Assembly: GCA_013239625.1 (NCBI GenBank)
Contig: MU053758.1
Coordinates: 2,790,001-2,852,000, forward strand
DNA from: Lama guanicoe
Lineage: Eukaryota
Reading direction: 5' to 3'
DNA length: 62,000 nt
Position 1 is the first letter of the stretch. The number at the start of each line of letters is the position of its first letter. The notes below the pieces were generated by a model. It was not told the DNA's origin. It saw only the letters and a program-made list of their open reading frames with translations, and did no database searches. Positions 1 through 11,700 of the stretch are shown here, in pieces. The translations under genes and the position numbers were made by a program.

Positions 1-186
1 TTTCACCTGGGCCTCCGCTCTTTAACTATATAAAACATTTATCTGTATCTCTATGTCCCGGTCTGGGGGGCAGGAGGAATCTGCCAAAGACCAACAGTCT
101 TACTTTATCTTACTATACTTCACAAAGGTTCTAAATGTGAAGAGTTTACTTGGATTGCAGTAGCCCATTGGTTGTTCATATATTTA

Positions 187-192
187 AATAAA
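187..192 (+). terminator. MSL1: Intronic poly(A) signal, probably of the short MSL1 isoform
   Basis: AATAAA at 187-192 ends UTR-like sequence in the intron before the 48-nt exon. I recall a short intron-terminating MSL1 isoform in other mammals. Confidence 0.5.
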
Positions 193-1447
193 ATGGTCTA
201 CAAACTATTTTTCAAACAATAAGGACTATCTTGGGATATCTGAGCTGCTTGGGATGGGTGTGGGGTATGGGACCTTGGTCTTCATTCCCTTTTTTTCTTC
301 ATGGCTTCCACACAGAGATGCTCCCCTATCTCCTACATCAACCAGTAACTGGAATGTGCCTTCAATCGTGTCACGTTAGTCTGTGACAGTCACTGCGGGT
401 GCTCTGGGGTGATGGTGGGGAAGCCTTCTTGGATAGACCCGCAGCCCTGAGTTTCTACTACTATGTCTTTCCCTAGCGGGGATGGGGATGGGAATCCATT
501 CCAATGAGACAAGAGCATTCTCCAGGCTTTGTTTGGCTGTTCTGTGACAAAATTAAGTGGGGAAGATAGATTCGTTTTCTTAATTATCTAAAATTCATTA
601 GGTCTCACACTTGAGTACATGAGATAGACCAGGACCCTGATCTAGGTTCAGGTTTATTGTTGGTTCAGTCAGTTGAACAGGTTCATCCTTAATGGTTAAC
701 CTTCTTGCTGCCATGGCAATGCTGTGTGATAACTTAAGAGAAACTGTGAAGCAATTTCCCATCCGGGATTGGGAAATGGCTTGGTCCGGAGCTGTTCTGT
801 GTGACTGGCTGTTTTTGAAAACCCTCTCTGCTCTAGTACAGAAAATTCCAAACACCTCTGAGATTGTGGGTCTAGGAGTACAGAAGGAGTATGATTGCGG
901 GATCCCCGCCCTTTGAGGAGCCTGAGTTGTGAATAAACGTGTGAATCCTTATTCTTGACGCCCCCTATCTCAAGAGGAAGTCTCAATGGCTTGTTCTGAG
1001 GAAGCCAAAGTCTTTGTGCATGTTGTTCAGGCTGGACCAGCAAGGTAGTTTGTTTGGAGGGAGGAGGGAGCTGTTTAAGAAGACTACATATGTAAGTTTT
1101 GAGAACACTGATCTTTTATTTGAAAAATAGGGTCAACTTTTACTCACCTGCCATGTTCTGAGTTTAAGGTTTGATATCCTTGGCCATCAACTGTTGCAGG
1201 GAAACCACCCTAAATAATGAAGAAAAGAAGTCGTCTCAGTGTAAAAAAAAAAGTGGTGGGCTTATTTTCTTTTCTTTTGTCTGTTGTTCCCTCTTCCCCT
1301 TCCCCAGAGAGAAATTCTCAAAAGAACAACTCAAAAAACCAAAATGGCTTCCTAGTGAGAACTTCAGTGATGATCCTTTCCTCCATTTTGGGTGTGGGCT
1401 TTTTTTCTTTTTACACTGAGATGATTCTTCTTTCCTGCATTATTTAG

Positions 1448-3987
1448 GGTGTCTGATGCCATCAAGTGTTGCAGGAGAAACTTCAGTCTTGGCTGGTGAG
1501 TAGAATAGGAGCTACTGTGCTGGCTGGGCCTGGGGTGGTGGTTGGTGGGATGGTGGATGGTTGGGAGCTGCATTTCCCCATCAGCTGGATGTGGGAGAGT
1601 GAGATTCCTTGGCATATGATTACACTATAGACTTCAAAATGACTACAAATTTCAGTTGTTTTTCAGGAACTGCAATAGCATCCATTATATGAATTGTCAG
1701 GTATCGGTTTAGGGTTTTTTTGTGATCCTGTGTTTGGCAGACGGCAATGGCATTTTAGGTTCTTTTAATATCATAGCAAGGACACTGAATATGGCTTCAG
1801 GTGAGGCCATAGAATGGATTCCTATCACTTGGTAACTTTGTCTTATCTGGGGAGAGACCTCTTGTCCTAGTGAATAGTAGGTTGTGTGACCTTGGATTTA
1901 AGGGTGGTTCCACCCCTCCTCCCTTTCTTTTTCTTTTTTTTTTTTCTTTCCAGTTCCTTCTTGGAGGTACCACTCAGTAGAGCCTCTAAGGGACCCAAAT
2001 CCTTCAGACATTTTGGAGGTAGGTACCCAAGACCTGTCAGTGGAAGGGAGTGAGAGATAGATAGAAATGGGGGTGTAACTGGAATATGTCATTGTAACGT
2101 ATAGATGGGTTAAATAGAGCTTTAAAGCCAGAGGGGAACTTGAGAGATGATGTAATCCAACTTCTTTATTGTATAAATGAGAAAACTGAGGTCCAGAGTG
2201 GCTAATTGATTTATTCAAAAATAGCTGGGGAATGTTCAAAACAAAGGTAGACTTCATGTTAAGTAGAAAAGTTAGCATGTACTACTCAGCAGCAGAATTA
2301 CCTATTCCAAGCTCATTTGACTTTTAAAAGTTTGGTATTTACTTTAAATTCAGACTCTTAACAAAGTATGGAGGTGGGGAGGGTTTATAGCAGTCTCAAG
2401 GGTTGTCAGGGGTTTGTTTCAGTTTGATGTGACTTTCACCTTGGAAAGTTATATCAGTGATTTTGAAATATGGAGATTCTGCAAGGGTAGAGGTGGGGAA
2501 AGGAATGTGTGTTTTGTTGGTTTTATTACCAGGAGATTCCCATGATATCCATAGAACTCACAGACTCAGGTGGGACCCGAAGGTGAAAGATTTTACATTC
2601 CTGGAAGCTGGAAATGAGTGTACACATGTCACATAGTGATAAACAGCTTATAAACTTGCTATTTTTTACACAGAACCTGGATGACAGTGTGTTTTCAAAG
2701 CGGCATGCAAAACTGGAGCTGGATGAGAAGAGAAGGAAAAGGTGAGGCTAGAGATGTTCATTCTGGGAACGACTGAGCCCGGTAGGACCCTGACCTCTCT
2801 CATCTGTGCTGAGGAGAGCCTTGGAGCTCTTCATACTTTTAAATTACTGGCTTCCCAATTGGTTGAGTATCTGTGTTTGTTGTTACAGGTAAAATGACCT
2901 CTTTTTCTTCTTGGGAAACACCAACACATACATGATTTAGATTGCTAGACCTAACCAAGCAGGCAGTTCTGTCTTTACCCCTACTACCTCTCAACCCCAC
3001 CTCACCCGCCACCCCACCCCATCTAGAAGACTCAGCAAAGATCTCCCTAACAACTGGATTGTGTGAGTTGCTTTTATAGAGCAGGTTTTCAGTAATGTTG
3101 GGTTTGTTTGTTTTGTTTTCTGGTTTTTCCCAGATGGGATATTCAGAGGATCAGGGAACAAAGAATTTTACAGCGACTGCAGCTCAGAATGTATAAAAAG
3201 AAAGGAATTCAGGAATCTGAGCCTGAGGTTACCTCATTTTTCCCTGAGCCAGATGATGGTAAGTTTTGTTTGTCTAAAAGAGTAGGTTTTTCAGAGAAGA
3301 AAAAGGGTGCAAGGCTCCAGGATACAACTTGCTCTGAATGAATATGCAGTATTTTGGAGCAGGTACGGTTGCTAGACATTTCCCATCTGTGTCACTAACA
3401 AGGTCCCATTTGGCTTTCTTCCATAGTTGAAAGTTTGATGATTACCCCCTTCTTGCCTGTTGTAGCATTTGGACGACCATTACCAAAACTAACTCCACAG
3501 TAAGTATAAAGTCTTTTTCCCCCTCCTCTCAGGCAGTTTGTACTTCCCCTCCCTTTCAGACTTCATGAAAGCCCACACGTAAGGTGGCATCACTGGCTTA
3601 GGGACAGCCATGGCTCTTTGACAGAAGTGAGGCTGCCTCAGCAATTAGCTTTTGCAGTGATAAGATTCTAAGCCAGGAATTAGGAGGATTGCTTTTTGAG
3701 TTAGAAATAGATTATTCAGTCACTTTAATAGCACACTGTTGTTCTGGCTTTGAGGTAGGAAAGGAACTCCAAACTTGGGGCTTGGAAGTCAGGGCTAGGA
3801 GTGTGAAGGGCATAATGTCTTTTTTTGAGTTATTCTCATGTCAATACTAAATTTCCTCTAGTCTTGCAAGTTGATTTCCTTATCCTTTTTTACCAGGAAT
3901 TTTGAGCTGCCCTGGTTGGATGAGCGTAGCCGATGCAGGTTAGAGATCCAGAAGAAGCAAACACCTCATCGGACATGTAGGAAATAG
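1448..3987 (+). CDS. MSL1: MSL complex subunit 1, C-terminal part (PEHE region); last six coding exons 1448-1495, 1954-2018, 2674-2741, 3134-3258, 3427-3499, 3897-3987
   Basis: All exons have AG/GT ends and join in frame: RCLMPSSVAGETSVLAVPSWRYHSVEPLRDPNPSDILENLDDSVFSKRHAKLELDEKRRKRWDIQRIREQ...QTPHRTCRK, stop TAG at 3985-3987. Recognised as the MSL1 C-terminus. The 5' exons lie upstream of the window. Confidence 0.96.
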
Positions 3988-6440
3988 CTGTGCTGGCAAG
4001 AACCTTCTGTCTTCAGATAGTTGTAGCATGCCATTCCCAGAGAGTGGCAGAGACCTGTATATGTGACCTCTGTCCTCATGTATGTTACCATTCGCTGATA
4101 ATGCCCTTCCATACTCCCCTGATCTTCGTTTTGTTTTCATCACTGTGATTTCACAAAAACTCTTTCATTGGGCTAATTGTGAATTATGGAGGGTGACCGG
4201 GATTTCTTTTCCCTTTTTGGGGAAATGAGCTCTCAAGGTAAATCTATAGGATGGCAGATTCGGACGCTTCAGGGGTCTGCTTCTCTACATTTGCCTATGT
4301 TAAAGGGGTAAAAGGGCTCTCTTCATTAGACTTGTGTAAGATGAAGCAACCCCTGCCTTTAGAGCTGTGCCTGCATGGCACTCTTCTGGCCCTGGTATAC
4401 CCTTCCTTATAGTTTCAGTATAGTGGTTTTTACCCTAAAACAGAACAAAATAAGCCTCACCATGAGCTTAAGGACCATATGAGGAATAACAAGTGATGTG
4501 ATGAAGCAAGTCATCTTCACAGGGTAGAAAAGAGATTGAAGAGTTGGTAGATAATTATCTGAAAACAGTTGCTCTGTTAAAACTATTCTGTGATATAGCC
4601 ATGTGGGAAGGCATGTTTGGCTATGATTATTTTCTTAGTTAATGGGTAACTGAATTTCCTCCTCCACCCCTCAAAAAATTAAATCCCTGGAAAAGAGCAT
4701 GAGGATGGTTAGTTTGGGACCAGTTATGGCTCTAAACAAAAGCAGCTGGCATTTGGGGGTGGCTTGCCAGAACCTGTGTAGATGTCCTTGTGTCACATCA
4801 CTTCTCGAGTATTCCTTAGTTGGGTTTTATCCTTTTAGCTGAGCTCATGGTGGTGGGATAGAGGTTTTGGGAGGGTGGGGGTATATGTGGAAATATGTGT
4901 TTCCTTTGGCTGGCAAATGTCTACATCTTGAAACAAACAGATGTACCTAATGAGCTTCTCCATTCACTTTGTAAAAATAGATTTGCATGTGTACCATCTT
5001 GGTCCCCCCCCCCCTTAAAAAAAGTTTTCAGGACAGCACTCCAGGCCACTTTGGTCTCAGTGTAAAATCCCTGTAACTATCTGGAAGGAAAATAGAGCCA
5101 AGACCTTTGGTCTTAAATATATAGGAATTGCCTTTCTTTAGTCTTCAGGACTATTGTGTGAAAACAAGTAGGGGTCTAATCTCCTAGAAGGTAGGGGCTT
5201 TTATCCTTGAAGAGAATATGTCCCCAGATTATTAGCACTTTTAGAGGAGAAGCCAAGGTATGTAGGGTGTGTGGCCGGCCCATCAGTGGAGCATGAGAGA
5301 ATGGGATACCATTGTGGGAAGAAAAGAAAAGTTCCTCAGGGGCCTCCCACTGCTAAAGCTTTTTGTGAGATGTTGATCTGTGCTCCCTGAGTTTGACTTT
5401 TAAAGGAGTTACTCCGGCAGCACATGTAGTATTCTTGGATGATCTTGCTGCTCTTATTTCTCCTTATCTGTGTATGTGTGGCCATGGTTTTTCATTTGTA
5501 ACTCCATCTGCTTAGGAGAGAGTGGGCTCTCCACAAGGGAACCTGCTGTGAACTTCACTGCAGCAAGAACGTAGAGAGAAATAGGACTTATTCCACTAGG
5601 GGCTCTCATCTCACACCTTAAGGAGAGGAAGGAGATTTCTAGAAAAACTGGGCCAGGTTTTCTTTGTTCTCCATCATTTTAATATGGCAAGCTGTTTGGC
5701 TTTCCTACTCCGACCTATGTTATGTTCCTTTATAATGTGCCCAAAAAGAAAAAAGACCAATCAGTGTCTGTTTATTTTATTCCTTGATTCCTCTCAGTTT
5801 CTGCTTGATTTTCAGCATTTGTCGGATTCCTAATTTGGATATGGGTTAGCAAATTTAACCTTTATGTTTGTGCCTACCCAGGGGACTCCCCAGATTCTGA
5901 ACATGAGTTAGACTAAGAGGAATCCATGAGGTGCTATCTGGCCAGATTTAAGTGGATTCTGTTTCTTTGGTTTTCCCTCTACCTAGAACCTCTATTTTAT
6001 TGTCCCCTCTTCTAGATCAATTCTCCTTTGATTTGGATATACTGAAGCTTTGGAGGAGGTTGGAGAGTAGATTAGCAAAGTTCCAAGAGCGAAATCACAG
6101 TGTGTTAAGAGTGTGGGGGAAAAATTAGTCTTATTTTTTCCCTACATGGGATACAACACTGTGAAATTCAATCTTCAGCTGAAGGCCCTGCAATTCTCCT
6201 AAAACATAGTTCTTTTGTTTCTCTTCTTTTTTTTTTTTTAACAAAGTTTAAGCTAGTGTTAATAAATTAAAAAGAAATTGCTTGTCTGTCTACTTCAGCT
6301 TTGTTTATGCCCATTTCATATTGTTGTCTGTGTTGTAATTCATACTTTTGATACCATTTCTGATGTGTAAAATTGGTTGTCTTGTAAATATCTTATAAAG
6401 AGTTCAATTGTAAATAAACTATTGTGGCTGTTAATTTTTG
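3988..6440 (+). other. MSL1: MSL1 3' UTR with tandem poly(A) signals (AATAAA 6261-6266 and 6413-6418)
   Basis: About 2.4 kb after the stop with no recognised repeats. Two AATAAA hexamers, each followed by GT/T-rich sequence. Confidence 0.8.
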
Positions 6441-8099
6441 AACTTCCGCTTCAATTTATTAATTTACCCGGAAGCAGTAAACAATTCTGCCTACATATTT
6501 TAAAAGATTAGAAAAAGAAATCCATTTTCACAAAATAGAAAAACACACCATTTTTTACTTTTATATGAGGTATGCGCTTCCATTTTGTATGAACACAATG
6601 TATGTTTCATCCCCCTTTGTCCTGTGTTCTTCCTTACACATAATTGGTAACTTAAAAAACAAGAGATTATAGGATGCTTGGTGCCTGGTATCTAAATTAA
6701 TAAAACCTCAGTTGGAAAGACTTAGAGGTCATCTAGTCTGACCCCTAATACATGATTTCCCTTTGACAACATTCCAGACAAATGAAGTCCAGCTTCTCCT
6801 TTAACACTTTGTTTTCTCCTATACATTTTTTTCTAGTGACAAAATCTAACTTCTTGTAACTTGAGCCCATGGGTTCTTGCTTTACTTTCCAGGGTGATGA
6901 AAAAAGATCAATTCGTCCTTTTCTCATAGTCCCTCAAATAGTTAAAGACTGCTGTGGCTATCCCAGTCTTCACAGTAAACATTCAGAGATCTTACAATTG
7001 TCCCTCAGAAGAAAGGATTTTGAATGTTTCAGTTCTCTCTAGATGAGTGAACAATTTGCACATGTCCATTTAAAAATTGCACCCAGACCAAACAACAGAA
7101 AGGCAAAGTGGCAGACTATCACTTTCCTTATTTAGACACCAAACTTGGCAGCCTTATTGTATCAATTTACCTTGTGATCAGTAGGCTCTTCTAGGTCTTT
7201 ATTTTTTTTTTTGGAACCTTTAAACATTCATTAGATCATACATCCTCCATTTTGAACGCAGCCAGTTGGTTTTTGGAGGTGTATTTACAAGTTGTCACAT
7301 TTGGACTCTTTTTTAACCAGTTGAGATCTTTTTGGATCCTGGGTATCTCTCTTAAGACATTCAGAATGCCTTCTAGTTTCATATTGTCCATAAATTGGAT
7401 AAGCATCAGGATCCTTAACCATATGATTTATAAAAATATTACACAGCACAGAATGCTGTGCTATGCCATAGTGACCTTTATCTGGTGTATATTAATGTGC
7501 ACTCCTGTAGATGCACTAATAGCTCACGCTTCTTGCGTATTCACGCTTCTTGTGCGTTCTAACTATGGCCCACATAAAAAATACTGATTTTTTTCATTGT
7601 TGAAAAATGTCTTGCCAAAATCAGAGCACGCCTTCATCTACCGTCTGGCAACCGTTAACAAGAAGGAAATCACGTCAGGATACTGAAGCAACGCCGGTTC
7701 CTGTGATTACCTCTTTTTAAATCGGTTCTAAAATGTTGGTAAGACTGCCATCATACCAGTCTGCACTTTGGGAGAGGTGATGGCTGGGGTGAGAAGCCAC
7801 ATGAAGAGGGAAGAGGAAATGAGAATACAGGGAAAATACTGTAGTGTTGCAACACTAAATCCTCGGGCTTCCCTACAGACAGCTGGTTTCTCCTCTGCCC
7901 TTTAGCTTAAGATGGGCTGGTGTGACAAACCTGATGCAGCACAACGGCTTCAAAGGTTTACCTGGATTGGCGGTTTTACCAAGCAAACGAATGCGGTAAA
8001 ACGATATGCTTCAAACGTACATAGAAACGAGAAATGGAAAAAGAAAACAGTGAAACAGCTCCAGTGCCGCAGTGAAGCTGTGACAAGTCAACGCTATCC

Positions 8100-8720
8100 A
8101 CTTGGAGCGCCCAAGATGGCCGGGCGACGAGCCGCAGGAGTTGCCCCAGTGAAGCTTCCCTCGCCCCCGGCCCTACCCAGGGGAAGTCAGGGGCCGCGCC
8201 ACGCCTCCTCACGTCACCGGTTTACGCAGTCCCGCCCGCCCGTCAACGTCCCGCAGGCCGCCAGCCTCGCCTCCAACCCCGCCCCCTATAAAAGCGGGCG
8301 ACAGGCGCCCCAAGTGAAGCATGCTGGGACTAGCTCTCGGCTCCCGGCAGCCCCTGCGATGGGCGCGGTATGTCAGGAACTGGCCCGCCGCGGCCGTTCT
8401 CCGTAAGATGGCGGACCGGCGGCGGCAGCGCGCTTCGCAGGACACCGAGGACGAAGAATCTGGTGCTTCCGGCTCGGACAGCGGCGGTTCCCAGGCCCGG
8501 GGCGGCGGGAGCTTCAGCGGTAGCGCTGGAGGCGGCGGCAGCGGCTCTCTGCCGTCCCAGCGCGGAGGTCGAGCCGGGGCCCTTCATCTGCGGCGGTTGG
8601 AGAGCGGGGGGGTCAAGAGCGCGGAGGAGTCGGAGTGTGTGAGTGCGCGCGGGCGGGGCGGGCCGGGCCGGGCCGGGCCGGGGGGCGGGGCGTAGGCGAG
8701 GATGCCAAGCTGGGAGTCGT
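8100..8720 (+). promoter_or_regulatory. CASC3: CASC3 CpG-island promoter
   Basis: CpG-dense. TATAAAA at 8287-8293, CRE half-site ACGTCA at 8211, GC boxes, and YY1-like AAGATGGC at 8113 and over the start codon at 8405. Confidence 0.85.
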
Positions 8721-11700
8721 TGGTAGATGCTGGGGGTGATGTGTTCCAGAAAAGGAGAGCTATCCCAGTGCGGTTTGCATCTGGAGCCCCTAGGGAAGAG
8801 GTGGGGTTGGGGATTTCTGGAGGGAGGGCGGAGCTGCTGCGCATGGAAAGCGGATGTTTATTCAGAAATTGGGGTTGGAGGTGAAGAGACAGGACCTCCC
8901 TCGGATGCTACCTTAAAGATACACCTTTCCTTGGCTCCCTTTCCAACCATTTTGTGTTCAGTCTTGAGCTGTCTACCCTCTGCAAATCACAGAACTAATC
9001 CATGTCTTCTCTTTTCCTTCAGGAGAGTGAAGATGGTATCGAGGGCGATGGTGAGTAGCGTCATGACAGTTTTTTGTCCATAAACTCAGGTCACTTATTT
9101 CCAGCAATTGACATCCACTCAGACTGTTAAGGATTTAGGGGAGGGTACCACAGAGTGGCTCTTTGTAGCATAGTGCTTAAGAGCATACGCTTTCAATCTG
9201 TTTTCCATCTGTATATGGGGACTATAATTTTATCTACTTCATAGGTTAATGTCAGAATTAAATGAGAGTTTTAGCTTGACCCACCAAAAGCAGTCAGGAG
9301 ATGTAATTATAATTTCTGTTGCTTTTTTTTTTCACATGTTTCTGTTTTCTTTCAGCTGTTCTCTCGGATTATGAAAGCGCAGAAGACTCAGAAGTGAGTA
9401 ATAGGTTCTTTTTTCTATGATATAGGTTGCAAAATGTATTTTAAAAACTGTACACACCTGTGATTCAAAAGTACCATGACCTACTTGTAACTCCTCTTGT
9501 GCAGTCTTTGTTTATGCTGCTGAAAACTTATTATAAAAGGAAGGTCTTGTTAAGTTATAGCAAGGGAAGCATTGTATAAGCCTCTTCAGGGCATGTGTGT
9601 TACACTGTTATTAGTAGTTTTTCACCCTGTCTGAAGAAAATAAGGTTCTAAATAATAGAATGAGAACATCCTGAAGCTCTTCACAGGATGTTTGATAGGC
9701 CACTTTATGATGCCTGGGTAGTGAAGCCAGCCAGTTGGGTATTTTTTCTGAGTTTATCTGAAGACCGCAAAAGAGTAGGATTCTGAGTGTTTGTGTCAGA
9801 AACATCCCTAAGTTTATAGAGTTTATCTGTCTTTAGCAGAAAGTTTCCCTAAGCCAAAATTTGTGAGCTTGCTTGTTTTGATTGGATAAACTACTAGAGA
9901 TGCTATCAGAATGGCTCTTTGTTTCCTTGGGTTGTTGAATAGAGCCCTGAGTTCTGCATTTTGGTCCGGGAGTTATATACAGGAGGATCTGGGTTGTGGA
10001 TCAAAGGTTCATTATATACATTTTTAGAGAACTGTTACTACGTATTAGACTTTCCATTAAGCCCTGGAGGGGAATTAGTAAGGAAGTCAGACAAACATTG
10101 AGGCAATCATAGGGCTTAGGGACGGACAACTGCTAGGGAATAGGGTTAAGTAAGGTGTTAATGGCCGGGTACTAAATCCATCTTAGTCAGGGAAGAATAA
10201 ATTGGAGTTAACCAGGGAAAGCATGTTCTAGGCAGAGGGAACAACAGCTGCAAAAGCCCAGAGACAGGAGAGATGATTGAATATTTGGAAATTTGAAAGT
10301 AGTTTGGTGTGACTGGAACATTGTTGGGACAGGATGGATACCAGAAATAAAGGCAAATTAGTGAGCAGGGACCAGGCCAGAGAATGCAGGGGCTTACTTG
10401 TTCCCAGTGCCAGGAGTTGTACTGGAGTAAAAGACAGATATGGTTCTGCCTTCATGGAATTTACATTCCAGATCAGAGGGGGAAAATATAGACAGTTAAG
10501 TAGGTAATTATAATAATGTTTGGTAAGTGTCATGGTATTGGAAGCAGAGGGTGCTTTAGGAGCACATAACAGGGGAAGCTAGCTGGGTTTAGAGTCTTTG
10601 GAAATGCTTGGAGGGTCGAATGTTCAAATAGAGACCTGAAAGATTAGTAGAAATTAGTCAGTTTTCTAAGCAGAGGGAACAGTCTGGGAAGAAAAACTGG
10701 AAGGGATGTACTGCATTGTGAGTTGGAGGATATGAAAAGTCTAGTATGACTAGTGGTAAGTGATGAGTCTCAGTCCAAATCTTAAAGTACTTTATAAGCC
10801 AGGTTAAAAAGTATTTGGATTTTATTCTAAGGAAGTAAAAAAGTATAATAGCGTTTTAAACAAGAATGTGATACAGGTTAGGCTTAAATTTTAAAGCAGT
10901 GTTTGTCAGATCCAAGCAACACCTACATCAACAAATCCTACTGAAACAGGATCTTGCAGAGGGAGGGAAAATGCAGACATTTATATGTTAACAAGATCCC
11001 ACATTGATGCTTATACACAGTAATATTTGAGAATTTTTATCATTTTTATAACAGTTACTTCATGTGCAATGGGGAGAATTGATCTGATGGAAGCAACATT
11101 AGAGACAGAAAAACTAGTTAAAGCTATTGGGGAAGTCTAGGAAGTGGTGTGGAGTGGTGGCAGTGAAAATAGAAGTGGACAGTGCTGAAAATTGTTTAGG
11201 CTATGGAATTGACAGAATGTGGTGATGAGATGGTTTATTTTCTCTGAAGTCAGTGGTAAAGTTATCTACAAAGAGTATAAGGGAGATAAGAGGTTTTGGA
11301 GTGAGGAATGTTTGCAGCAGTCACTGGAGAATGGAAACTTTAGGAAGACTGTCAGGCAGTATGGAGTGTTCAGTGGGATTTGGTGACTGAATTTATAGCA
11401 GTTTCCCATACAGTATATAAATGAGTTTGGATGTTACCCTAATAGCAAGGAAGGAAAGGCTATTGGAGACTTGAATGGAGGATGAACAGTGGATAAAGCA
11501 AGACTGAAGACAGAGCTGTTAAGAGGTTGTTAGGATAGTCCAAGGAACATGGTGGTGCCCTGAAGAAGGGACATACCTGGCAGAGGGACTGGCAAGACAT
11601 AGACAGATTTAAGAGATATTTAGGTGATACTAACAGAACTTCTTAATTGACTGAAAATGGAGCCTGAATTAAAAAGGAGTCAAAGGGATGCCTAGGTTGC

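Noticed and set aside
1360..1420. Possible C/D-box snoRNA (GTGATGA...CTGA) in an MSL1 intron
   Set aside because: Only about 53 nt, no terminal stem outside the boxes, and a low-complexity interior.
7912..8406. 164-aa ORF upstream of CASC3
   Set aside because: Runs through promoter DNA upstream of the TATA box. Only its last 15 codons are plausible as a uORF.
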